This document shows, in pieces, positions 10,092 through 18,385 of a stretch of 64,000 nucleotides of DNA. The notes below the pieces were generated by a model. It was given only the letters and a program-made list of their open reading frames with translations, made no database searches and was not told the DNA's origin. Positions within the stretch are counted from its first letter, which is position 1. Each line of letters opens with the position of its first letter. The DNA is taken from contig JAPPLI010000149.1 of assembly GCA_028819495.1 (NCBI GenBank), forward strand, positions 153 through 64,152. Reading direction: 5' to 3'. The DNA comes from Gammaproteobacteria bacterium. GTDB lineage: Bacteria; Pseudomonadota; Gammaproteobacteria; Eutrophobiales; Eutrophobiaceae. A program made the position numbers and the translations under genes.

Positions 10092-10292
10092 ACAGGCTTA
10101 TATCCCGGGTAGCGGAGTGAAGTGACCGTTGTTGTTCCCGTTCCAACTGTAAAATGCCCGGACAATCGCGCAATACCTCATTTGGGTTAACCTGGAACCA
10201 CACCGGCGTTTCCAGGGTTTGGCCTGGACCGTTCCATTGGTATTATAACCGGTGTAACATCTTCCGGGACTCTGGAAAATCTGCAGATCACA

Positions 10293-11168
10293 ATGGCCTC
10301 TTCACTGAAACGAAACTCAGACCGGTTCGGTCAAATGGCCGATGCGGTGAAGGCTATCGGGAGCGCATATCTTTGGAGCAGGTTGACGGAACTGCTGGCG
10401 GGTGAAGTTGCTTTCGACCAGGCGGCAGTATTTCGCTACGTGGAGCATCTTCCGCCGGAACGGGTGTATGACGCCCAGCCGGGACCTGAACGGGACAGGC
10501 TGCACCTGACCCTGTTGCGGGCGGCCTACCCGATCAGCCCGTACATCAACAAAGTCATCTGGGCAGGCGGCGCCGATGATTTCTACCATATCAACGACGT
10601 TGCGCCGGATGAATTCACAGAAACCGAATATTACCGGGTTTATTATTCGGAGAAGCACGTGGAGGATGACGGGTTGTTCTTCACCAGGATCGATCAATCC
10701 CTCTCCATAGGCCTGGTAATTGAACGGCAGCTCCCTTCCACGCCGTTCAGCAAGGTGGAATTGGCCAAGTTGCATAAACTCGCTCCCCTGGTAAGCGCGC
10801 TGACGCGCCAGCACTCACAAGGCTTGAAGACAGTAAGCAAAGTGGCGAAAATCTCCAGCGCCAACCGCATTTCCGAACAGATGACAGGAGCGTTCATGCG
10901 TTTCGGCAGCAAGGTGCTTACGGAACGTGAGCGGGAGATTGCCGGCCTGATCCTGCGCGGCCATTCTTCCAAGGCAGCCGCGCGGGAACTCAACATTGCC
11001 CCGGAAACCGAACGGGTTCACAGAAAAAGAATATACTCGAAGCTCGGCATTTCCTCTCATGCCGACCTGTTCTGGATGTTTATTGAATCATTTTCCTATT
11101 TCGATCCTGATAGTACGGAAGATCCCTTGCAGGAATACCTGCGCCTGCGGCGTGCGCGTGCAAGCTGA
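10293..11168 (+). CDS. LuxR-family transcriptional regulator
   Basis: The C-terminus carries a LuxR/GerE helix-turn-helix, LTEREREIAGLILRGHSSKAAARELNIAPETERVHRKRIYSKLG. I do not recognise the N-terminal domain. It is transcribed divergently from hyuB. Confidence 0.8.
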   Translation: MASSLKRNSDRFGQMADAVKAIGSAYLWSRLTELLAGEVAFDQAAVFRYVEHLPPERVYDAQPGPERDRLHLTLLRAAYPISPYINKVIWAGGADDFYHINDVAPDEFTETEYYRVYYSEKHVEDDGLFFTRIDQSLSIGLVIERQLPSTPFSKVELAKLHKLAPLVSALTRQHSQGLKTVSKVAKISSANRISEQMTGAFMRFGSKVLTEREREIAGLILRGHSSKAAARELNIAPETERVHRKRIYSKLGISSHADLFWMFIESFSYFDPDSTEDPLQEYLRLRRARAS

Positions 11169-11175
11169 CAGGCTC

Positions 11176-11646
11176 ATGGTTGCCGGATTACATCACGTTG
11201 CACTGTCGACCCCGGACCTGGAGCGTTGCCTGTCGTTTTACTGCGGAGCGCTCGGCGGCAAGCAGGTCAGTGAGGTCAACTCATGGCATAAAGGCAATGT
11301 AATCGCTGATCGCATGACCCGCCTGAAAGACAGCGCCGCGCGTTACGCCTTTGTGAGCGTGGGCAATGTATTTCTTGAAATTTTTGAATTTTCCTCTCCA
11401 ACCCCGAACGACCAAAGCCACAGGGCCTGTGATTACGGCCTCGTCCACCTGAGTTTTGTCGTCGACGACATCCATGCAGAGTATGCCCGCCTTAAGGCCG
11501 CGGGCATGGAATTCAACGGCAGCCCCGTGGAATTCGAGGATGGCTCAATTTTCACCTACGGGCGGGACCCGGACGGTAATATCATTGAATTGCTGGAGAT
11601 CCCGACAGGTGCGAGTACTCCGATAATTCAGGAAACTCCGGTTTAA
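11176..11646 (+). CDS. VOC (glyoxalase/bleomycin-resistance/dioxygenase) family protein
   Basis: The real start is probably MVAGLHHVALSTPDLERC (ATG 11176), just after the luxR stop. It has GLHHVAL and a C-terminal DPDGNIIEL, both typical of the VOC fold. Confidence 0.8.
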   Translation: MVAGLHHVALSTPDLERCLSFYCGALGGKQVSEVNSWHKGNVIADRMTRLKDSAARYAFVSVGNVFLEIFEFSSPTPNDQSHRACDYGLVHLSFVVDDIHAEYARLKAAGMEFNGSPVEFEDGSIFTYGRDPDGNIIELLEIPTGASTPIIQETPV

Positions 11647-11658
11647 GTCAGAGCTCCC

Positions 11659-12420
11659 TCATATCAGGTAACCCCCGTCCACGGGTAGAATACTGCCGGT
11701 GGCGAAGCCGGAGGCAGGCGAGGCAAGGAACAGGATGGCGCCGGCCATTTCGTCGGGTTGGGCATAGCGGCGTAAGGGCATCTGCTTCAACCAGGAATTA
11801 AGGACTTCTTCATTTCCGGTCAGGGCGCCGGCAAATTTGGTATCGGTCAAACCCGGCAGCACGGCATTCACCCTTATATTGTCCGGGCCGCACTCCAGCG
11901 CGAAGGCCTTGGTCATCTGGATAATGGCGCTTTTGGTGATGGAATAAATGCCACGTTTATCTCCCGGTCTGACCCCGTCGACGGATGCCACGTTGACGAT
12001 GGCGCCGCCGTTTTTTTTCATCAACTTGCACGCATTGGCGGACATGAAGAAATAGCCGCGTATGTTGACTTCAACGGTTTTAGTGAATGCGCCCGGGTCC
12101 GTCTCCGTGATGTGTCCGTAATAGGGGTTTGCCGCGGCATTGTTGACCAGTATATCCAGCCGGCCATGCTCCTGCCGGATATGATCAAATATCGATTCTA
12201 TTTGTTCCATGTCACCGATGTGGCAGGCATGGGCAGTCGCCCGGCCGCCTTCATCCCTGATACTTCCGGCCACTTCCTCACAGCTTTCCTGTCTGCGGCT
12301 GGAAATAATGACATGCGCGCCCTGTTGCGCCAGCAGTCTGGCAGCCGCCTCGCCGATGCCGCGGCTGGCGCCGGTCACCAGTGCAATTTTGCCGGTCAGG
12401 TCAAACAGGTCTGTTGTCAT
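11659..12420 (-). CDS. short-chain dehydrogenase/reductase (SDR)
   Basis: It has the TGASRGIG, NNAA and YSITK motifs. Confidence 0.9.
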   Translation of the reverse strand: MTTDLFDLTGKIALVTGASRGIGEAAARLLAQQGAHVIISSRRQESCEEVAGSIRDEGGRATAHACHIGDMEQIESIFDHIRQEHGRLDILVNNAAANPYYGHITETDPGAFTKTVEVNIRGYFFMSANACKLMKKNGGAIVNVASVDGVRPGDKRGIYSITKSAIIQMTKAFALECGPDNIRVNAVLPGLTDTKFAGALTGNEEVLNSWLKQMPLRRYAQPDEMAGAILFLASPASGFATGSILPVDGGYLI

Positions 12421-12462
12421 AACTTCACCTCGGATAAAAATTACGTCTGTTCCGTATATTCA

Positions 12463-13479
12463 TCAGCTAACCAGTTCCACCGCGGCGGCGGCCATGGGTT
12501 CAACCAGCCTGCCCAGTTCCAGCGCCCTTGTGCCGGATGCGTTGCCGTCCAGGCCGCGCTTGTAGACGCCCTGGCAGATGGAAGCCATGCGGAAATAGCT
12601 GAAGGCCAGGTAGAAATGCCAGTTTTCGATTGCCGGCATGCGGCGAAACTCGCAGTATTGCTCGATTACGGCCTGCTCTTCGAGTACGCCCAGGGCCGCG
12701 CGGTCCTTATCAGCCAGTCCCCTCACGTCTCCCTCGGCCGGCAGGCGCAGGCACATGCAGAAATAGGCCAGGTCCGCCAGGGGATGGCCCAGGGTGGACA
12801 GTTCCCAGTCTATCACGGCCAGGACCCGCGCCTCGCGGGGGTGGAAGATCAGGTTGTCCAGGCGGTAATCCCCATGGATCAGACCGTTCTGTCCGTCATC
12901 CGCCGGTGTATTGGCCGGCAACCAGTCCATCAGGATGTCCATGGGTTCTATCCTTGCCGTTTCAGCCGCCTTGTACTGCTTTGTCCACCGGCTTACCTGG
13001 CGCTCGTAGTAATTGCCCGGCCTGCCGTAGTCGCCCAGGCCGACGCTATTGATATCGACACCGTGTATGGCGGCAAGGACGCGGATCAGTTCGCGGTAAT
13101 AGCCGGCGCGTTCCGTTTTACCGAGTTCCGGCAGCGCCGGGTCCCAGAATACGCGGCCTTCCTCGTAGCTCATGACGTAGAACATGGCGCCGGTAACGTC
13201 CTCGTCCTCACACAGGTGCAGCGCCCGGGCAACCGGTACACCGGTGGCGGCCAGGGCGTATATCACCCTGAATTCGCGGTCCACGGCATGAGCCGACTTG
13301 AGCAGGTTGCCATGGGGCTTGCTGCGCAACACGTAGCGGCCGCTGGCGGCGTTCAGCAACCAGGTCGGGTTCGACTGCCCGCCGGGGAACTTTTCCGCCT
13401 TGATGAGCCCGCGAAAACCGTCAACATGACCTTCAAGATAGGCGTTCAGTTTTTCCGTATCAAAGGTTTCCATCGGCAT
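12463..13479 (-). CDS. phosphotransferase-family kinase (APH / ACAD10-11 N-terminal-like)
   Basis: It has the Brenner-type catalytic motif [13 protein letters not shown] followed by IDWELS. It overlaps the 3' end of the acyl-CoA dehydrogenase by 20 nt. Confidence 0.85.
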   Translation of the reverse strand: MPMETFDTEKLNAYLEGHVDGFRGLIKAEKFPGGQSNPTWLLNAASGRYVLRSKPHGNLLKSAHAVDREFRVIYALAATGVPVARALHLCEDEDVTGAMFYVMSYEEGRVFWDPALPELGKTERAGYYRELIRVLAAIHGVDINSVGLGDYGRPGNYYERQVSRWTKQYKAAETARIEPMDILMDWLPANTPADDGQNGLIHGDYRLDNLIFHPREARVLAVIDWELSTLGHPLADLAYFCMCLRLPAEGDVRGLADKDRAALGVLEEQAVIEQYCEFRRMPAIENWHFYLAFSYFRMASICQGVYKRGLDGNASGTRALELGRLVEPMAAAAVELVS

Positions 13480-14683
13480 AACGCTGGATGACCTGTTTGC
13501 CCAGGGACATCATGTGGACCTGGTCGGGGCCGTCCGCCAGGCGTATCTGTCTTGCATAGTTATAGGCTTCCGCCAGGAAGAAGTCTTCCGTCAGTCCGGC
13601 CGCGCCGTGCATCTGTATGGCGTCGTCGATCACCTCGCAGGCCATTACCGGCGCGGTGATCTTGATGGCCGCAATCAGGTCGCGAGCCTCCTTGTTCCCG
13701 TATTTGTCCATCCTGTCCGCGGCCAGCAGGGTCAACAGGCGCGCCTGTTCTATCTTGCAAAAGGCCCTGGCGATGTCTTCCCGCACCGACTGGTGCCGGC
13801 TGATCTTTTTACCGAAAGTGGACCGTGCTTCCACGCGCCGGCATGCCAGTTCCAGGGCGCGCTGGGCACAGCCAATCAGGCGCATACAATGGTGGATACG
13901 GCCCGGACCGAGGCGGCCCTGGGCGATCTCGAAACCGCGCCCTTCCCCCAGCAGGATATTGTCCGCCGGCACCCTGACGTCGTTAAAATGGATTTCCGCT
14001 TCGCCAAACGGCGCGTCGTCGTAACCGAAACTGTGCACATGACGAACGATCTCTACTCCCGGTGTATCCCTGGGCACCAGGATCATCGACTGCTGCCTGT
14101 GGCGGTCCGAGTTATCCGGGTCGGTCTTGCCCATGACAATCAGGATTTGACAGTTGTCACGCATGCCTCCAGTGGTGAACCACTTGCGCCCGTTGATCAC
14201 GTATTCATCCCCGTCCCTGACCATGGAACAGGAGATATTGGTGGCATCCGACGAGGCAACGTCCGGTTCGGTCATTGCAAAACCGGAACGTATTTCACCC
14301 GCCAGCAGGGGTTTCAGCCAGCGTTCTTTCTGTTCCTCCGTCCCGTAAAGGATAAGGGTCTCCATATTGCCGGTATCGGGCGCGTTGCAGTTGAACACTT
14401 CAGGCGCCCAGATGACCCGGCCCATGATCTCGGCCATGGGCGCATATTCGAGGTTGGTCAGCGCATCTCCGTCAGAGTGCGCTTTGGGATAAAACAGGTT
14501 CCAGAGACCTTGTTCCCGCGCCTTTTGTTTCAAGTCTTCCAGGATCGGCGGCGTGGTCCAGGGATTGTCGGCGCCTGCCAATGCTTCCCGGTAGGCCTGC
14601 TCCACCGGATAGACATGGACCTGCATAAAATCATTGAGCTGTTCTTGCAGCGCCTGTACTGTTTCTGAATAGGTAAAGTCCAA
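13460..14683 (-). CDS. acyl-CoA dehydrogenase family protein
   Basis: 407 aa with ACAD N/M/C domain organisation (e.g. [16 protein letters not shown]). The start appears to be TTG, with a GAGGAG Shine-Dalgarno sequence 7-8 nt upstream. Confidence 0.9.
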   Translation of the reverse strand: MDFTYSETVQALQEQLNDFMQVHVYPVEQAYREALAGADNPWTTPPILEDLKQKAREQGLWNLFYPKAHSDGDALTNLEYAPMAEIMGRVIWAPEVFNCNAPDTGNMETLILYGTEEQKERWLKPLLAGEIRSGFAMTEPDVASSDATNISCSMVRDGDEYVINGRKWFTTGGMRDNCQILIVMGKTDPDNSDRHRQQSMILVPRDTPGVEIVRHVHSFGYDDAPFGEAEIHFNDVRVPADNILLGEGRGFEIAQGRLGPGRIHHCMRLIGCAQRALELACRRVEARSTFGKKISRHQSVREDIARAFCKIEQARLLTLLAADRMDKYGNKEARDLIAAIKITAPVMACEVIDDAIQMHGAAGLTEDFFLAEAYNYARQIRLADGPDQVHMMSLGKQVIQRYADGNL

Positions 14684-14703
14684 CGGAATCTCCTCGATAA
14701 ATA

Positions 14704-14749
14704 TAAGGGGTCAGAGTAATGTCTTCGAATTTCTTACTCTGACCCCTTA
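14704..14749 (-). terminator. perfect 16-bp inverted repeat (TAAGGGGTCAGAGTAA / TTACTCTGACCCCTTA, 14-nt loop) between two acyl-CoA dehydrogenase genes
   Basis: Read directly from the sequence. On the minus strand it follows the 599-aa ACAD stop and is followed by ATATTTAT, so it could be a terminator or an RNA-stabilising hairpin. Confidence 0.5.
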
Positions 14750-14759
14750 GATCATATAT

Positions 14760-16559
14760 TCAAAACGCCTCTTCCGGCATATCCAGGCAGGTCGTATCCA
14801 GCCCGGACAGCAATTCGGCCTGCACCTTGATTTTCGGCAGTTCCCAGTGGAAGAAATAACGGCAGGCCTGCATTTTCCCTTCATAGAACTGCCGGTCGGC
14901 GCCTTCCGCAGCCGGCAGACCTGCCTGGGCGGCCGCGGCCTGTTTCAACCACATCCAGGCAACGACCGCGTGGCCGAGCATGTCCAGGTACGCGGATGAA
15001 TTGGCCAGAAACCTGCTCATCTCCCCACTGGCTGCCGTCGCGGCCAGGACTTCCGTCGTTTCCGTAACGGTTGCCACGGCCCTGTTGAGGCCGGCGGCGT
15101 ATTCCGACAAGCTCCCGTATGCCTCCGCAGTGTCTATGTCCTCCTGTATCTTGCGCACCAGCAACCTGAAGCCCGCGCCGTCTTTCATCATCACCTTCCG
15201 GCCCAGCAGGTCGATGCCGTGGATGCCGCTGGTGCCCTCGTGAATCATGTTGATGCGGTTATCCCGGTACAGGCGTTCCACCGGGAAGTCCCGGGTGTAA
15301 CCGTATCCGCCCAGTATCTGGATCGCGTGTTTGTTCGCCTCCAGGCACCAGTCCGAACACCATGCCTTGACGATGGGTACCAGGACGTCCAGGAGCAGCG
15401 CGGATTCTTCCCGTACTTCCTCGTCGGAGTGCGTTTTCTCTTCATCCACGAGCCGGGATGCAAACAGGCACAGCGCCAGTCCCCCTTCCACATAAGCCTT
15501 CTGCGCCAGCAGCATGCGCTTCACGTCGGCATGGCGGATGATGGGCACCATTTTATTCGCCGGGTCCTTGTTGTCCGGCAACCGTCCCTGGGCGCGTTCA
15601 CGGGCATACTCCAGCGAATAGCGGTAGCCCGCATAACCCGTTCCTACCGCGGCCAATCCCACGCCGATGCGGGCTTCGTTCATCATCAGGAACATGTATT
15701 CCAGCCCGCGGTGGGGTTCTCCCACCAGGTAACCGGTACAACCCCCGTTTTCGCCGAAATTCAGCGCGCAATTCGGCGTGATGCACTGCCCCATCTTGTG
15801 GTTCAGGCCTGCCAGGGAAACATCATTAGACTCACCCGCGTTGCCGTCCGCATCGACCCGGTAACGCGGGATGATAAACAGGGAAATGCCTTTCACTCCG
15901 GGAGGACCGCCCGGGATCTTGGCCAGTACCATGTGAATGATATTCTCGCTCAGTTCATGTTCCCCGCCGGTGATCCACATCTTATTGCCGGTTATGCGGT
16001 AAGACCCGTCTTCCTGCAGTTCGGCCCTGGTGCGGATATCGGTCAGTGAAGAACCGGCATGGGGTTCCGACAGGCACATGGTGCCGTAAAAACGGCCGTT
16101 CAGCAGTGGAGGGATGTACAGGGCTTTCTGTTCTGCGCTCCCGTAGGCGTTAATCAGGTTGGCGACACCCACCGAGAGGAACGGCAGGCCGCACAAACCC
16201 GTATTGGCCGCTTGAAACAGGGCCATGCAGGCGTTGGCGACAGTCACGGGGAGTTGCAGGCCGCCGTATTCAGCGTCCAGGCAGGAAGCGACAAATCCGG
16301 CTTCGTACAGGTTGTCCATGGCGGCTTGCGTTTCCGGAACCATCCTTACCTTGCCGTCCACCAGTTGCGCGGGCTGCTTGTCCCCGGCCTCCGCGCAGGC
16401 CAGGAAATGGTCCCGGGCGATATCCTCGGCCAGGTCGATCATGGGGTCGAATATGTCGGGTCCCTGGCCGGAGAAATACCCGCGCGCGCACAGGCTCTCG
16501 ACGTCGAGCATTTCGTATATCAGGAAATCGAGATCCCTGCGGTTGATTGTTTGGGACAT
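14760..16559 (-). CDS. long acyl-CoA dehydrogenase (about 600 aa, FadE/AidB-like with C-terminal extension)
   Basis: 599 aa with an ACAD core (MCLSEPHAGSSLTD, IHEGTSGI) followed by a helical C-terminal domain. Confidence 0.85.
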   Translation of the reverse strand: MSQTINRRDLDFLIYEMLDVESLCARGYFSGQGPDIFDPMIDLAEDIARDHFLACAEAGDKQPAQLVDGKVRMVPETQAAMDNLYEAGFVASCLDAEYGGLQLPVTVANACMALFQAANTGLCGLPFLSVGVANLINAYGSAEQKALYIPPLLNGRFYGTMCLSEPHAGSSLTDIRTRAELQEDGSYRITGNKMWITGGEHELSENIIHMVLAKIPGGPPGVKGISLFIIPRYRVDADGNAGESNDVSLAGLNHKMGQCITPNCALNFGENGGCTGYLVGEPHRGLEYMFLMMNEARIGVGLAAVGTGYAGYRYSLEYARERAQGRLPDNKDPANKMVPIIRHADVKRMLLAQKAYVEGGLALCLFASRLVDEEKTHSDEEVREESALLLDVLVPIVKAWCSDWCLEANKHAIQILGGYGYTRDFPVERLYRDNRINMIHEGTSGIHGIDLLGRKVMMKDGAGFRLLVRKIQEDIDTAEAYGSLSEYAAGLNRAVATVTETTEVLAATAASGEMSRFLANSSAYLDMLGHAVVAWMWLKQAAAAQAGLPAAEGADRQFYEGKMQACRYFFHWELPKIKVQAELLSGLDTTCLDMPEEAF

Positions 16560-16642
16560 GTGTTTAAGAAACTCTTACAAGATTCAGAGGTTAACATCAG
16601 CATAAATCCAGAATTGTCCTCAATACCGGACGCTGATTTCCT

Positions 16643-16933
16643 TTAAATATGCAGCTCAGGCTCCATCGATTGGTGCAGCACGTCGATAATATCGATATGA
16701 GTTTCTTTAATACGGTAGTAAATATGGTGCTTTCCTGCCCGGATACTGTAATAGCCCTCCTTGATCTCGCTACGCTTCTGCCCCTTATCGGGACTATTAG
16801 CCGCGCTGCGCATCTTGTCCCGCAGGAGTTTCAGATACTTCCTTTTCTGCTGCTCACCGAAATTTTCTCTGGTGTACCTGCTGATCTGTTTAAGGCTGTT
16901 TTGCGCCTGCGGTGAGAGTACATAGTTCGGCAT
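16643..16933 (-). CDS. parE: type II toxin, ParE/RelE family
   Basis: 96 aa and basic, with ParE-like sequence (YYRIKETHIDIIDVLHQSM). Its start overlaps the parD stop by 1 nt. Confidence 0.85.
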   Translation of the reverse strand: MPNYVLSPQAQNSLKQISRYTRENFGEQQKRKYLKLLRDKMRSAANSPDKGQKRSEIKEGYYSIRAGKHHIYYRIKETHIDIIDVLHQSMEPELHI

Positions 16934-17169
16934 CAGACAATCAGATCATTCATAAAGCTTTCACCATCGATACCCTGTCCTTGATCCAGCTGGCTCTCAC
17001 CTGCGGCTAATGTCCGGCGTAATACATCGAGCTTGATTTCTTCCTGTTCCAGCAACCGCAGACCCGCACGCACGGCGTCACTGGCTGAGGCATAACGTCC
17101 GGCTTTCACCCGTCCATCAATGAAGCTCTCAAAATGATCACCCAGCGAAACACTTGTATTTCTAGCCAT
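16933..17169 (-). CDS. parD: type II antitoxin, ParD family (ribbon-helix-helix)
   Basis: 78 aa. The sequence [44 protein letters not shown] is typical of ParD. Confidence 0.85.
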   Translation of the reverse strand: MARNTSVSLGDHFESFIDGRVKAGRYASASDAVRAGLRLLEQEEIKLDVLRRTLAAGESQLDQGQGIDGESFMNDLIV

Positions 17170-17352
17170 TTTTCAACGCCTCATAAGATTTACAAATTTT
17201 AATTTTACCATGTATTGGTATTTCTGTATTGATAGAGTATTTTCCAATATGAAATGAGCCTGAAGGCGGGATATCTGTTTCTGGTTGCCGCGTGGTATAC
17301 TGAAAACAGCTTTGGAGCGCAAAGTTTTTTCGGTCAATAAGCAGGAATAACT

Positions 17353-18084
17353 ATGCAAATCGGCATCAACTGCGATATGGGGGAGAGCTTCAGCCTCTAC
17401 AAACTCGGTGATGATGAGGGAATTATGCCGTTCATCACCGAGGCGAATATTGCCTGCGGGTTTCACGCCTCAGACCCGAATCACATGCGCACTACAGTCA
17501 AACTGGCAAAATCACACGATGTAAAAACCGGCGCGCATTTTTCCCTGCCCGACCAGGCGGGTTTCGGGCGTCGGGAGATGAAAATCGCGCGGGACGAACT
17601 CGCCAATATCATCATCTACCAGATTGGCGCGTTGAAAGCGTTTCTGGATATCGCGGGCGTACCGCTCAATCATCTCAAGCCTCACGGCGCATTATACGGA
17701 ATGGCCTGCCGACAGGAATCAGTGGCGCATGCGATCGCTGACGCTGCAGTTCACCACGGGGTGCCGATCTTCGGCATGGCGGGCACTGTGCAGGAAGATG
17801 TCTATCTTTCCAGGGGCCTGGAATTCCGCTCGGAGTATTTCTGCGATCTGGATTATGACGACAACGGCGCCTTGGTAATTACCCGGACACATGACCCGGT
17901 GGACCCTGAAACAGCCGCGGAACGTTGTTTACGCGCTGTGATGGAAGGAAAAACCGAGAGCATTAACGGGAAGGAGGTGGCGGTCAGGGCAGACACCGTC
18001 TGCGTGCATTCAGACACGCCGAACGCCGTTGAAGTAGCCGGTGCAGTTCGCAACATCCTCGAACCTTACATCGATCAGAACTGA
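17353..18084 (+). CDS. pxpA: LamB/YcsF family protein (5-oxoprolinase subunit A-like)
   Basis: 243 aa. It has the N-terminal INCDMGES motif and a LamB_YcsF-like sequence throughout. Confidence 0.9.
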   Translation: MQIGINCDMGESFSLYKLGDDEGIMPFITEANIACGFHASDPNHMRTTVKLAKSHDVKTGAHFSLPDQAGFGRREMKIARDELANIIIYQIGALKAFLDIAGVPLNHLKPHGALYGMACRQESVAHAIADAAVHHGVPIFGMAGTVQEDVYLSRGLEFRSEYFCDLDYDDNGALVITRTHDPVDPETAAERCLRAVMEGKTESINGKEVAVRADTVCVHSDTPNAVEVAGAVRNILEPYIDQN

Positions 18085-18122
18085 GCAATTTGCTGACAAG
18101 ACTGACAGGAACGCAAGCCCTC

Positions 18123-18365
18123 ATGCCGATAACATCCATATTATCTCCGTTACCGGGTACGTTTTATCGCAGGCCTTCGCCGGATGAGCCGCCTTACAAG
18201 AATGTCCATGACGCGGTCGCTGAGGGTGAGGTCATCGGGCTCATCGAGGTAATGAAGTCGTTTCACGAGGTGAAGGCCACCGCGGCCGGTCAAATATCCG
18301 CTTTTCTGGTGGAAAATGAAGAGGCCGTGCAGGCAGGACAGGCGCTGGTTGAACTTGACGGCTGA
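18123..18365 (+). CDS. biotin carboxyl carrier (biotinyl/lipoyl-domain) protein
   Basis: It has the biotinylation motif EVMKS within a roughly 70-aa hybrid-barrel-like sequence. The track ORF begins at a TTG at 18090; I prefer the ATG at 18123 (MPITSIL). Confidence 0.75.
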   Translation: MPITSILSPLPGTFYRRPSPDEPPYKNVHDAVAEGEVIGLIEVMKSFHEVKATAAGQISAFLVENEEAVQAGQALVELDG

Positions 18366-18385
18366 GTTTTTGGGACATTTCGAAA

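Noticed and set aside
9075-10112. A 345-aa plus-strand ORF opposite hyuB. Others occur at 8208-9071, 5090-5959, 7041-7622, 30664-31746, 32774-33859, 38609-39175 and 52157-52993.
   Set aside because: All lie wholly inside strongly supported opposite-strand genes and show the typical shadow-ORF composition of GC-rich coding DNA.
10996-11175. The N-terminal 60 codons of the 216-aa track ORF at 10996-11646.
   Set aside because: This part overlaps the 3' end of the LuxR-family gene in another frame. The VOC-family homology begins at MVAGLHHVAL (11176), immediately after the luxR stop.
12112-13491. A 459-aa plus-strand ORF spanning the SDR and kinase genes on the opposite strand. Similar ORFs occur at 13514-14668 (384 aa) and 15219-16049 (276 aa).
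   Set aside because: These are antisense shadow ORFs that cross gene boundaries of clearly real genes. Their composition is low-complexity and Arg/Gly/Gln-rich, with no motifs.
17173-17466. A 97-aa minus-strand ORF bridging the parD-pxpA intergenic region and the pxpA start.
   Set aside because: It overlaps the well-supported pxpA N-terminus (INCDMGES motif), has AT-rich low-information sequence, and has no ribosome-binding site. It is most likely the promoter region for pxpA and parDE.
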